A stretch of 64,000 bases of DNA, taken from Elusimicrobiota bacterium (GTDB lineage Bacteria > Elusimicrobiota > Elusimicrobia > F11). Both the position numbers and the translations under genes were made by a program. The notes beneath the pieces were generated by a model, which searched no databases, was not told where the DNA came from, and was given only the letters and a program-made list of their open reading frames with translations. Each line of letters opens with the position of its first letter. Within the stretch, counting starts at the first letter, position 1. Positions 8,655-17,993 of the stretch are shown piece after piece. The stretch lies in assembly GCA_022072025.1 (NCBI GenBank), contig JAJVIP010000001.1, forward strand, positions 4,729 through 68,728, written 5' to 3'.

Positions 8655-10841
8655 ATGAGCCCCTATACTGGACCAACCTTTTTTGTCCGTTTTGAACGAG
8701 AAATTAAGTCCGTGCTGATCATATTGGCGGTCCTGGGATTTGGGGTTTCCTATGCCCTTCTCTCCCCTCTAAAATCAGTTGTTGATAAAGGCGTTATTCC
8801 TGCGGTCGAGGGTATTACCGTTCTTTATGGAAAAATTTCCACTGGGATTTATCAGGTGTCTCGAATTGACCTGGGATTTGTAAATCCCCCTCCTGATCAG
8901 GATTTTCTTTTTAGTGTTCGATTGGCTTCCTATATCAATGAAAAAAGGGCGAGCCCACTTTTGGACATCGCCGGTGATCCCCGCTTTACTGAGGAAAAAA
9001 GGATACGCGCCCTTTTGGCCATGCTTAAATTTGAAAGTGCGGCCGATTGGATTCAACCCTTTCTCAATGAATTACCCAAAGGAGGCCTGTTGGGTCTTTA
9101 TGATGAAGAGGCGCCTTATATAGATAACCTCATCAAGAAAATTCGCGCCGAAGGTGGCATTCGGCAACCTTTGATTCGGGCCTATGCTGAAGTCGTTTTT
9201 GCTTTTATGTTGCAACTGCCGGATGTGGTGGTTAGGCGTCATGCCGCCAATTGGATCTCTGATGTGGTGGCCGAAGATGCTGTATTCTTGTTAATACCTC
9301 GGTTTGAAAAAGAAAAGGATCCGGCCGGGCAATTGGCCATAGAAAAAGCGCTGTTTAATATTCGCGCCGTTTCTGAACCCAGTACGGCGCGCACCTTATT
9401 GATTCCTTATTATAAAAATCCACCTTGGCCGTCGCTCCGCTTGCCGGTGGCGCTGGTCTTGTTGCGCCTGGGACATGAAGGGGTGGCAAGTTATCTTCAA
9501 AACCGCCTTCAGTCCGAAGAAACCTCCAAAGAGGAACGGACCTTGATTCGCTTGGCTCAAACTCAACCCCCTTACCCCCGGGAACTAAAAATTTCTGATG
9601 TGGAGAAAAAGTTGTTGGCCGAACGGCGGAAATTGCGGGAAGACCAGACACGGGCCGCGATCGAAAAGAGAGACCAAATTTTGAGACAGGAATTGCTTAA
9701 AAAATTAATGCTGGCCCGAGCAAAAGTGGAAGAAGCCAAGAAAAAACCTGTGGCTCCTCAATCAGCGGTCAAGGTTCCTCCCCCTTCAAAATCCACATCT
9801 CCCAAAGAAGTGGCCAAGCCCAAAGTCGATCTCGCAACGTCGAAACAGGCGCCGACTAAGACGCCTTCGGGAACCACCTCTCAAACGGAAAAAATTCCTC
9901 CCAAAACCTTCCCTATTCCTGGGGAAAAGGAGACGGAGATTGCGAAAGTCGATCAGGCGACAACACCTGAACCTATTCGATCTGTTGATCAACAGGTGGC
10001 ATCCATTCCGGATGATCAATTGCCGCCTCCAGACAAGATTGTTCCCAAATCCCGCTCCTTGATGAATTACGTCGACGTGATTTTTGAAGTCAAAGGTCAA
10101 GATGTCACGCTCTTCCAAAATCCAGGCGATACCCCCAATGGCAATGTTTTACCCGCCGGAACAAAAGGGAAAGCAGATTTCGAAGTTATGATTGGAGAAG
10201 ATAAGTGGTATCAGGTGAAAACCAAAAAAGGAAGTGGGTGGGCCAATGGAAAGTTCTTGTCGGTATTCAATCTTTCGCCCGAAAGTATCACACCGGCCGT
10301 TGGTACAAAACCATCAGATTCAGAAGGTGGGATGGATCAACCTCGCAAAGAGTCCACTTATTTTGAAGCTGCTATCGAAGATGTACCCACCTTTGAGAAA
10401 CCATCTGAAAAAGCAAAAATAATAGGTCGTTTGGCTGAAGAGACTCCCTATATGGCCATTCGATCAGAAAAGGTGGGTGTGGACCGATGGTTTCTTCTTC
10501 AAATTAGAGCCGGAGAGTCCGCTTGGGCCAGAGGATTCGATTTAAGATTAGCCGATGTACAGCAACCCGTTGAACTGACCCTGCCCAAAGAACCACTGGG
10601 AATTCGCGGGAAAAAATCAGCTTTTGAAGCTGAGTATGTGAAAGCAACGGTGAAAGGAGTGGGGGTCTATTCTCGACCCTCCATCACGGCAAAGATGATT
10701 GAGCAGATCTCCCCACCCACGGTGTATAAAATTTTGGAAATGGAGGCCGGTGCCGGAAAAGAGTGGTACCGTATTCAATTGCCGGGAAACAAGGAGGGAT
10801 ACGTCCAATCCATGGACGTTAGTTTAACGAAGGGGGAGTAA
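8655..10841 (+). CDS. Large membrane-anchored protein: helical-repeat region, coiled coil, Pro/Lys-rich linker and three SH3b-like modules
   Basis: 728 aa. It has an N-terminal TM segment (VLIILAVLGFGVSYALL), a charged coiled coil (KKLLAERRKLREDQTRAAIEKRDQILRQELLKK) and a PxxP-rich linker. C-terminal SH3b-like blocks are present (KWYQVKTKKGSGWANGKFL; DRWFLLQIRAGESAWARGFDL; EWYRIQLPGNKEGYVQSMDV). Confidence 0.65.
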   Translation: MSPYTGPTFFVRFEREIKSVLIILAVLGFGVSYALLSPLKSVVDKGVIPAVEGITVLYGKISTGIYQVSRIDLGFVNPPPDQDFLFSVRLASYINEKRASPLLDIAGDPRFTEEKRIRALLAMLKFESAADWIQPFLNELPKGGLLGLYDEEAPYIDNLIKKIRAEGGIRQPLIRAYAEVVFAFMLQLPDVVVRRHAANWISDVVAEDAVFLLIPRFEKEKDPAGQLAIEKALFNIRAVSEPSTARTLLIPYYKNPPWPSLRLPVALVLLRLGHEGVASYLQNRLQSEETSKEERTLIRLAQTQPPYPRELKISDVEKKLLAERRKLREDQTRAAIEKRDQILRQELLKKLMLARAKVEEAKKKPVAPQSAVKVPPPSKSTSPKEVAKPKVDLATSKQAPTKTPSGTTSQTEKIPPKTFPIPGEKETEIAKVDQATTPEPIRSVDQQVASIPDDQLPPPDKIVPKSRSLMNYVDVIFEVKGQDVTLFQNPGDTPNGNVLPAGTKGKADFEVMIGEDKWYQVKTKKGSGWANGKFLSVFNLSPESITPAVGTKPSDSEGGMDQPRKESTYFEAAIEDVPTFEKPSEKAKIIGRLAEETPYMAIRSEKVGVDRWFLLQIRAGESAWARGFDLRLADVQQPVELTLPKEPLGIRGKKSAFEAEYVKATVKGVGVYSRPSITAKMIEQISPPTVYKILEMEAGAGKEWYRIQLPGNKEGYVQSMDVSLTKGE

Positions 10842-11577
10842 GTCGGAGCGGTTCCACGTCGGTGTTGGGCATCCACCCTTTAAGACCTTGATGAGGGACT
10901 CCCACTTGTGTCCACTCCGGCCGGCGGTTGAGAATAAGTACTTGGCTTCCTTCCGGAATCGTAAATCCAACAGCGTAATCCGATCCAGGGCCATTTCTCA
11001 CTTCTCCAGGGGGATTAACCACGATACCAGTGGGTTGACGGTGAAACGTCAGACTGACCCCTGACCAAAGGGTAAGCAGCGAGAGCGACAAACCCAAAAA
11101 CCAAAGGAGTGGAGTGGTCCAGCTTTCATTTTTAATCCATCTCAACGTTCGTGCACCTAGAATTCCAAAAAACAACCAAAGCAACAGAGTCAAAGCCACG
11201 CTTAATTCATTTTCAGAGAAGGTAAGAAAAATTCGTCGAAGAAGGTTCCCCTCCTCTTCTTTGATGTGGGATTTTGCCAGAGAAAGATTAAATGCGATAT
11301 CCGAATCACGGGGGGCCAAGAGGTGGGCCCGTTCATACCACAAAACCGCTTTCCCTCTTTCTCCTTTGCGATAAAAAATATTTCCGAGGTTGTAATAAAG
11401 TTCCGGCCCTTCAAAACCTTTCTGGATCAGGGTCTGATAAAGCTCTCCGGCTTGGTCAATTTCCCCCTTTTCGTAGAACTGGTTGGCTTTGTTTAGTTGA
11501 TCCATGAGAGCGGTTCCCTGTTGCGCAAAGGTCAAAGTTGAAATCATCATGGATCCCAATAAAAAAATCTTTTTCAT
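10819..11577 (-). CDS. batE: BatE-like protein (TPR, TM helices, C-terminal SH3)
   Basis: 252 aa with a signal peptide, TPR repeats (YYNLGNIFYRKGERGKAVLWYERA), two TM helices and a C-terminal SH3-like block (EWTQVGVPHQGLKGWMP). It is the last gene of the Bat operon. Confidence 0.7.
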   Translation of the reverse strand: MKKIFLLGSMMISTLTFAQQGTALMDQLNKANQFYEKGEIDQAGELYQTLIQKGFEGPELYYNLGNIFYRKGERGKAVLWYERAHLLAPRDSDIAFNLSLAKSHIKEEEGNLLRRIFLTFSENELSVALTLLLWLFFGILGARTLRWIKNESWTTPLLWFLGLSLSLLTLWSGVSLTFHRQPTGIVVNPPGEVRNGPGSDYAVGFTIPEGSQVLILNRRPEWTQVGVPHQGLKGWMPNTDVEPLRLTPPSLN

Positions 11578-13454
11578 TTGAGGGCCTCATCAAGTTGTTT
11601 TAAGAGTTCATTGGCGCGGGTCAATGCGGATTCTCTCGATTCATCTGTGAAGGAGGTGGTGGCAAATCGAGCCATATCGGCTTGGTCAAAAATATCGTGA
11701 ATATCCTTGATCAAGGAGGGCGATACATTTTTTCCCTTAAGTTTTTGTTCCACCTCTTCCCAGATGAGTCCTGAAACCGACACCGAAAACTTGTCTGCAA
11801 TAAACCCAGCCATAGCCGCATGCAGGTTGCCGTAAAAAGTTACCGCATCGGCTGTGTTCATGGACTTCCGGGTTCGATTCAGTTTCTCTTTTGCTGATTT
11901 AAAGGCGCCTTTCGCACGATACTCCGTCGCATTTTCAATGCGTTTCAGAGATTGCCGCCTCGATAAAAAGGCCACAAAAGCGAACAAAGGGGGCAGGAAA
12001 TTTAAAACAATGAACAAGGGACGCCGATAGAACGGGGGTTTCATGGGGCGAACCTTTCCTGCTTTAATGAATCGAATATCCTTCTCCATAACGCGAACTC
12101 CAGTCAGAGTTTGACCGGCGGGACCAGGTTGAGACGTTTCTCCTTCTGCCTGGTTTAAGGTTCCGGGTTTTACTTGGAGCGGAATTTCAGAGGTCACTTC
12201 TGTCACGTAATCATTTTTGGTGGGGCTGTAATATACAAATGAGATAGGGGGAATGGTCAGTTGGCCGGACACTTGTGGAATCAATAGAATTTTAAATTCC
12301 TTGCTTCCGTTTACAAATTTATTGTCGGTCGAAACTTTTGAATCAGAGATGGTTTCATATCGTCGAAAACCGCGAAGATCCGGAAACGTGGGTTCCTTAA
12401 TGGCTTTGATGTTGCCGACACCCTCAACGGTAACGAGAAGATTAAAGGGTTTTCCCACCTCAAATTGATTCGCGTCCACCTTTGCCTTGATTTTAAATCG
12501 ACCCACAGCTCCAGAGAAGTTGGTGGGTTTGTTGGCTGGAAGCGCCCGAACGCGTATGGGAATGGCGCGGGTGTTAAGGTTGACCACTTGGCTCCGCCCG
12601 AAAAAGTTTTGAAAGAAACTATTGGGATCAAATGGGTCAGGTTCAGCACGAATAGCGAGTTCAACTCGGGCACTGCCGATGGCAAATTCCCCATCAGACG
12701 TGGGGAAAAGAGCATAGGGAAGTTCGGTGACGTCATAGCGCACGCCATTGATGGAGGTCGAGTATTCTTGTTGTTTGAGAGGTTCTACCAGAAACCCCGT
12801 CATGTCTGGGGCGGTATAGCGAGCTTGAGAGGTAAACCGAATATCGGGTCGTTTAAGAAATTGCACTTTGAGCAGGATTTGTTGGCCCACCACCACTTTA
12901 TCGGAGTCAACCGTGGCCGTCATGAACAAGGGTTTGATTCCCTCCGCCGGAACCTGAACGGACCGATTTGAAGGCTCATTGTTTTGAGGTGCAACAGTGG
13001 GGGTGGACATGTCGGGTCGAACTTGGATGGTGATGGGCTGGGTCGTGTAGCTTTTTCCATCCACATTCAATGATATGGGCGGTATTTGAACGGACCCCGA
13101 TTTTGTCGGTGTGAGCACATAGTTAAGAGTGATCAAAGAAGAACTTTGACCATTAATCCATTGGAAGGAGCTGGTTTGGCCCGCGGGTTGAATTTCAAAA
13201 TCTGGAAGTGAAAGGTTAGGTGTTCCGTTCAAGTTTGAAATACCAGAAACTTCAATTGAAAGCATCAGTTGGCTGTTGATGTTGACCTCGGTGGCGCTGA
13301 CCCGAGCCGTGACCGTGGGCTCAGCTCTCACCGCCAAAGGAAGTGTTAAGAATACGATTAAACTTAAGAGAATTTTTCGATTACCAATCTTCGCCATTTT
13401 GATTTTTCTTTTCATCTTTTTGTTTTTCCAAACCATATTTATGCAATTTGGCAT
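11574..13454 (-). CDS. batD: BatD-like 'oxygen tolerance' protein
   Basis: 626 aa with a signal peptide, repeated beta-rich BatD-type modules, a late TM segment (LFIVLNFLPPLFAFVAFL) and a cytoplasmic tail. Its operon position matches BatD. The true start may be an internal Met at 13415 or 13397. Confidence 0.7.
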   Translation of the reverse strand: MPNCINMVWKNKKMKRKIKMAKIGNRKILLSLIVFLTLPLAVRAEPTVTARVSATEVNINSQLMLSIEVSGISNLNGTPNLSLPDFEIQPAGQTSSFQWINGQSSSLITLNYVLTPTKSGSVQIPPISLNVDGKSYTTQPITIQVRPDMSTPTVAPQNNEPSNRSVQVPAEGIKPLFMTATVDSDKVVVGQQILLKVQFLKRPDIRFTSQARYTAPDMTGFLVEPLKQQEYSTSINGVRYDVTELPYALFPTSDGEFAIGSARVELAIRAEPDPFDPNSFFQNFFGRSQVVNLNTRAIPIRVRALPANKPTNFSGAVGRFKIKAKVDANQFEVGKPFNLLVTVEGVGNIKAIKEPTFPDLRGFRRYETISDSKVSTDNKFVNGSKEFKILLIPQVSGQLTIPPISFVYYSPTKNDYVTEVTSEIPLQVKPGTLNQAEGETSQPGPAGQTLTGVRVMEKDIRFIKAGKVRPMKPPFYRRPLFIVLNFLPPLFAFVAFLSRRQSLKRIENATEYRAKGAFKSAKEKLNRTRKSMNTADAVTFYGNLHAAMAGFIADKFSVSVSGLIWEEVEQKLKGKNVSPSLIKDIHDIFDQADMARFATTSFTDESRESALTRANELLKQLDEALK

Positions 13455-15138
13455 CTTTCATTTTATCAGACTCTTCATCTTGCATCATTTGCAGAATACG
13501 TTCTGCATCTTCTTTTGAGATTTCTCCGGGTTTCTTTTCTTTTTGAGATCCGGGGTCTTTTTGATTTTGGTCGTCAGATTCATTTTTCTGATCCGACTTC
13601 TTTTCATCCTTTTTCTCTCCATCCCCATTTTGTTTTTTCTGTTGTGGCGGAGGGTTCTTGGGTTTAAGACCCGCTTTGATGTATTCAATATTGTATTTGG
13701 CATCCACATCTTGAGGCGTTAATTTGAGAACCTCTTTGAATTTCTCAATGGCTTTTTCTTTTTCTCCCATATTGAACAAGAGATGCCCTTGATTGTAAGC
13801 GATTTTTGATTTGAGATCACGATTAAGAGTCATGGCCGCCGCTTGCTCATAATACTTTTGAGCCTCTTCCAAATTTCCCTCCAGATAATAGGTGGCGGCG
13901 ATGTTATAGGGAAGGAAAGCTTCCTCGGGCAAATCAATTCGAGCGGCCTCAAATTCAGCACGCGCCGCAGCAGCATCTCCCTTTTTTAAGAGTTTATTCC
14001 CCTTCCTTACATGATCCTTATACCCCGCTTGGGCCGGGCCTAAGGGAAGAATCAGTAGGAGCAGAACAAACGCCGTTTTCCGCAATCGCCACTTTTGAAG
14101 CGCGTCTGGAAGCCGGTTTAATTTCTTTTTGATTCGTTTGAGTTGCTGCGGGTTCTCACCAAAGAAAAATTCAAAGAGTAAGAGCATGAATCCAATTAAA
14201 AGAAAGATTTGGTAGCGCTCTTTGAGGCGTTCAAAAAGTTTGGTAGCGAATTCTTTTTTTTCAAATCCATTTAAGGCGTCGGCGATTTCATCGATTTCAG
14301 AATCGGTGGAACTGGAACGGTAGTACCGCCCTCCCGTGATTTGGGCCAATTGATTGAGCAGCGCGTCATCCAGTCGACTGAGGACCATTTCCCCCTGATG
14401 TTTGTGGAACGATGTGATTTTTCCGGTTTCATCTCTATCTTTGATGACTTCTCCTTTGGTTGTTCCAATTCCGATCGTGAAAATAACCACGCCGGCTTCT
14501 TTCGCTTTTTTGGCCATGCCCAAGGGGTCTGATTTGTGGTCCTCTCCGTCAGTCAATAAAACAATAGCCCGACCGCTTTTGTCATCTTTGGAGAAGCTTT
14601 CAAGCGCGAGTTCGATGGCCTCTCCAATGGCAGTGCCTTGTTCCGGTACGGTTTTATCGTCAAGAATTTCCAAAAACATACGGGCGGCGTCGGTATCCAC
14701 CGTCAGGGGGCATTGAATCACGGCATGTTTGGCGAAAGCGATAATCCCAATTCTGTTCCCAGCACATTTTTCAATCAAGAGCCCCAGGGATCTTTTGGCC
14801 CGGTCCAACCTGGAGGGAGGCACATCTTCAGCCAACATACTGCGTGAGGTATCCATCGCGATAAACACGTCAACACCTCGTTGTTTGACCTCTTTGAGGT
14901 TGGATCCGAATTGAGGTCCAGCGGCAGAAATAATAATTAAGAATAACCCCATCAAGGCAAGGATATCCTTAAGATGGCGACGTTTGATGGCTTCTATGGC
15001 GACCATTTGGCGAACCAATCGCCAATCACCCAATCGACTTAAGTCACGGAGGCGGTGCCACCTGGACCATGCAAACAGGGCCGCTAGCAGGGCGAAAGCC
15101 AAAAGAGAAGAAAGTGTTTGTGGATAATGAAATCCCAT
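13381..15138 (-). CDS. batB: BatB-BatC-like fusion: vWA domain protein with C-terminal TPR region and a K/E/D-rich tail
   Basis: 585 aa. The N-terminal TM pair and vWA MIDAS motif (DTSRSM) are followed by another TM segment, then TPR repeats (YNIATYYLEGNLEEAQKYYEQA; YNQGHLLFNMGEKEKAIEKFKEVLKL), then a ~100-aa charged tail. Confidence 0.75.
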   Translation of the reverse strand: MGFHYPQTLSSLLAFALLAALFAWSRWHRLRDLSRLGDWRLVRQMVAIEAIKRRHLKDILALMGLFLIIISAAGPQFGSNLKEVKQRGVDVFIAMDTSRSMLAEDVPPSRLDRAKRSLGLLIEKCAGNRIGIIAFAKHAVIQCPLTVDTDAARMFLEILDDKTVPEQGTAIGEAIELALESFSKDDKSGRAIVLLTDGEDHKSDPLGMAKKAKEAGVVIFTIGIGTTKGEVIKDRDETGKITSFHKHQGEMVLSRLDDALLNQLAQITGGRYYRSSSTDSEIDEIADALNGFEKKEFATKLFERLKERYQIFLLIGFMLLLFEFFFGENPQQLKRIKKKLNRLPDALQKWRLRKTAFVLLLLILPLGPAQAGYKDHVRKGNKLLKKGDAAAARAEFEAARIDLPEEAFLPYNIAATYYLEGNLEEAQKYYEQAAAMTLNRDLKSKIAYNQGHLLFNMGEKEKAIEKFKEVLKLTPQDVDAKYNIEYIKAGLKPKNPPPQQKKQNGDGEKKDEKKSDQKNESDDQNQKDPGSQKEKKPGEISKEDAERILQMMQDEESDKMKDAKLHKYGLEKQKDEKKNQNGEDW

Positions 15139-16133
15139 CAGGGCAAAGTCCTGTATTTCGTTTTAATCAAAGTAAATTCACAAAAAAGAAAAAACAGCGC
15201 CCCCAAAAGAAGGGGCCAATAAAGCTCTTTATAGTCCACATATTCTTTTATCTTAATGTCGGTTTTCTCCATCGCGTCGATTTCGTTAAAAATCGTTTTA
15301 AGCGCACCCGATGTTTTGGCCCTGAAATATTTGCCGCCCGATTCGACAGTAATTTTTAAGAGTTCATCTTCATTAAGGTCGCTGCGCATGGGAACCATCC
15401 GCTTGCCAAAGGTTGGGTCATCAATCGGAATAAAAGTGTCTTCTGGGGATCCCGCTCCTATGGCATGTATTTTTATTCCATAAGCTGCCGCTGATTTGGC
15501 GGCTGTGAGGGGATCAATATTCCCCGCATTGTTCGCCCCATCGGTTACTAGAATCATGACTTTACTTTTGGCTTGTGAATTTTTGAGACGGTTAACGCTG
15601 GTGGCGATCCCGATACCAACGGCGGTCCGGTCCGGTGATATGGATCCGACTTGGATGGAATCAAGGATCGACAGCAGCGCCGTTTTGTCAGTGGTGAGTG
15701 GGCATTGGGTGATGGCATGTTCCGCGAATAAAACCAATCCTATTCGGTCTTGCTCGCGGGCTTTGATGAAATCCGCAATAACGTTTTTGGCCACTTGAAA
15801 CCTGTTTTCAGGTTTGAAATCAACAGCCAACATCGAACGGGAAGCGTCCAAGCAAATCATAATGTCGGTCGCCTTGGCGGTGGTTTCTTCTGAGCGAAGT
15901 CCTTTTTGCGGACGCGCCAAGGCGATGATGATGAGTAGAAATGCGAGAAGGCGAAGGATTCCAGGAAAAAACACGTAGGGTTTTAACGCTTCACCTTTGG
16001 AGAGTCCGGTTTCTTCATGAAGGGCTGAAAATTGAAAAGAGGGGATATCGTTTTCTCTGAAAAAGGCCAAATACGCAGCCAACAGTGGAAGAAGTAGCAA
16101 AAGCCAGAAAAATTCTGGATTGGCAAATCTCAT
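15138..16133 (-). CDS. batA: BatA-like vWA domain membrane protein
   Basis: 331 aa. The N-terminus MRFANPEFFWLLLLLPLL, the MIDAS motif DASRSM and a C-terminal TM segment are present. Confidence 0.8.
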   Translation of the reverse strand: MRFANPEFFWLLLLLPLLAAYLAFFRENDIPSFQFSALHEETGLSKGEALKPYVFFPGILRLLAFLLIIIALARPQKGLRSEETTAKATDIMICLDASRSMLAVDFKPENRFQVAKNVIADFIKAREQDRIGLVLFAEHAITQCPLTTDKTALLSILDSIQVGSISPDRTAVGIGIATSVNRLKNSQAKSKVMILVTDGANNAGNIDPLTAAKSAAAYGIKIHAIGAGSPEDTFIPIDDPTFGKRMVPMRSDLNEDELLKITVESGGKYFRAKTSGALKTIFNEIDAMEKTDIKIKEYVDYKELYWPLLLGALFFLFCEFTLIKTKYRTLP

Positions 16134-17083
16134 AATTTCACCTCCTCTTGAGCAGGAGGGGGTTGGGTGACGGTCGTCATGTTGATGATATGTTTAACTT
16201 GATTCAGGTCATGGATCACCTCTTCTTCGGTTGGTAAGAATTTAGCGAATTTGACCAGGTCCGCATTGTCAAAGAAATTTCGGCTCGTTTGGGTTAACAA
16301 GAGAGGGAAATTTTGGCGGCGAAATTCAGACATGAGTTCAGCCGTTGTTCGGTCCAGTGCAGAGAACCCATATCTGTTTTCCAAATATTCTCGCAGTATG
16401 ACTGATAGACGATAATAGAATTCTTTGTGTTGACCACTGGATATAAGGTCAGCATCTTCAAGATTGTGAATGGCTTCCCAAGCCACTTCTTCTGGAGGCC
16501 GTGGAGGACGCAGAGGGGCGCCATCGTCCCTTTTTCTGTTTTTGTTGAGCCAACGCCAGAGGAAATATCCCCCCCCTCCACAGATGAGAAAAGCGATCAG
16601 GATCCAGAGCCACAGGTAGGATTTGAAGTTAAACAGTCCTTTTAAAGGACGCAAATTCCCCTCATCCCCCTTTTCTTCCAGGATGGATTTAACTTTGATG
16701 GTCATTGTGTCTGTTTGTCCAGCGATGGCCGAGCTGGTGAGGGTTGAAAATTCTATGGGGAAGGAGGGTATCGTCAGTGTTCCCGTTGAAAAGGTGGTCA
16801 GAGTGAACTGATAAAGAGTGGTGATCCGGCCATCTTTTCCTATATGGGCCGTGGGCGAGGTGATGGCCAACAATTCAAACGAATCCAGTTTTTCTGGAAA
16901 GAAAAATGGTTTATGGGCCACATCATTCGAGGTCACAAGAGTCAATTGATAAACCATCGGATCGCCTATTGTGATTTCTCTGGGTTGAAGGTCGGTTTGG
17001 ATTGCCACGGTGGGATCGGCCCACAGAAATTCGGGAGAGGGCACGGCCAAGAGAAGAATAAATAAAAGTGGGAATTTTTTCAT
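16130..17083 (-). CDS. Bat-operon protein: BatD-like N-terminal module, TM segment and DUF4381-like C-terminal domain
   Basis: 317 aa with a signal peptide and a beta-rich N-domain resembling the BatD modules. A TM segment (LWLWILIAFLICGGGGYFLW) is followed by EVAWEAIHNLE...EFYYRLSVILREYLENRYG..TTAEL, which matches my memory of DUF4381. It sits between DUF58 and BatA, as in Bacteroides. Confidence 0.6.
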   Translation of the reverse strand: MKKFPLLFILLLAVPSPEFLWADPTVAIQTDLQPREITIGDPMVYQLTLVTSNDVAHKPFFFPEKLDSFELLAITSPTAHIGKDGRITTLYQFTLTTFSTGTLTIPSFPIEFSTLTSSAIAGQTDTMTIKVKSILEEKGDEGNLRPLKGLFNFKSYLWLWILIAFLICGGGGYFLWRWLNKNRKRDDGAPLRPPRPPEEVAWEAIHNLEDADLISSGQHKEFYYRLSVILREYLENRYGFSALDRTTAELMSEFRRQNFPLLLTQTSRNFFDNADLVKFAKFLPTEEEVIHDLNQVKHIINMTTVTQPPPAQEEVKL

Positions 17084-17958
17084 CTGAACCGGCGCGCCCT
17101 TTCTTGGAAGAAAACCAACAAGGGTTTCACATAGTCTTGATTGGTTTGAAATATCACACGATCGAGATTGATTTTGGCGAACGTTTTGTCTCGGATTTCA
17201 CGTCGGGCTTTGGCCGCTTTTGAATAAAGGGTTCTAAAAACAGCGCTGCCAGGGGCGAGCGCCCTTTCTTTTGTTTCTGAGTCTTCCAGTACCACTTTTC
17301 CGATTTTGGGCCATTCGGATTCCATAGGATCTTCCACGACAAAGGCCACTGTGTCATGTCGGCGCTGAGTGATGGTGAGGTTTCTTTCATAAGAGGCATC
17401 CAGAAAATCCGAAATGAGAAATACAATGGCGCGTTTTTTTTGGACGCGATTGAGATACTCCAAGGCCGCATTGAAATTGGTTCCGTCTGATTCGGGGATG
17501 AAACCCAACACGTCTCGCACCAAGCGGAGCGTGTGACTTTTGGATTTTCGTGGCGGAATGTATTCTTCGATTTTGTCCGAAAAAAGAAGCAATCCCACTT
17601 TATCGTTGTTTTTTAACGCGGCAAAGGCGAGAAGCGACACCAATTCCGCGATCAATTCTGATTTGAGTTTTTGACGTGTTCCAAATCGAGTGGATCCTGA
17701 CACATCCACAGCGATGAGAATTGTGAGTTCCCGTTCCTCGGTAAAACGTTTGATGTAGGGGGCCCCCAAGCGGGCCGTTATGTTCCAATGAATACTTCGA
17801 ACATCGTCCCCTGGGATATATTCGCGAACATCGGCAAATTCCACACCTCGTCCTTTGAAGGTGGAATGATATCGTCCTCCAAACAATTCATTAACCAATT
17901 TGGAGGTGCGAATTTCAATTCGGCGGGTTTTGGCGAATATTTCCGCTGGTGTCAGCAT
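17080..17958 (-). CDS. DUF58 domain protein (MoxR-associated, vWA-like)
   Basis: 292 aa. The FKGRGVEFADVREYIPGDDVRSIHWNITAR block is typical of DUF58. It lies downstream of MoxR. Confidence 0.85.
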   Translation of the reverse strand: MLTPAEIFAKTRRIEIRTSKLVNELFGGRYHSTFKGRGVEFADVREYIPGDDVRSIHWNITARLGAPYIKRFTEERELTILIAVDVSGSTRFGTRQKLKSELIAELVSLLAFAALKNNDKVGLLLFSDKIEEYIPPRKSKSHTLRLVRDVLGFIPESDGTNFNAALEYLNRVQKKRAIVFLISDFLDASYERNLTITQRRHDTVAFVVEDPMESEWPKIGKVVLEDSETKERALAPGSAVFRTLYSKAAKARREIRDKTFAKINLDRVIFQTNQDYVKPLLVFFQERARRFR

Positions 17959-17993
17959 GGGATGCCACTTTTAAAGGGGGCGCATGATGTCAC

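Noticed and set aside
10819-10841. A 23-nt convergent overlap of two genes, considered as a possible annotation error or hidden terminator.
   Set aside because: Both ORFs have convincing C-terminal SH3-like sequence right up to their stops, and no hairpin is present. It is recorded only as context in the findings.
13381-13680. Low-complexity, A/T-rich, repetitive-looking DNA at the batB 3' end.
   Set aside because: It translates cleanly into the K/E/D/Q-rich C-terminal tail of BatB. It is compositional bias of a coding region, not a tandem repeat or a mobile element.
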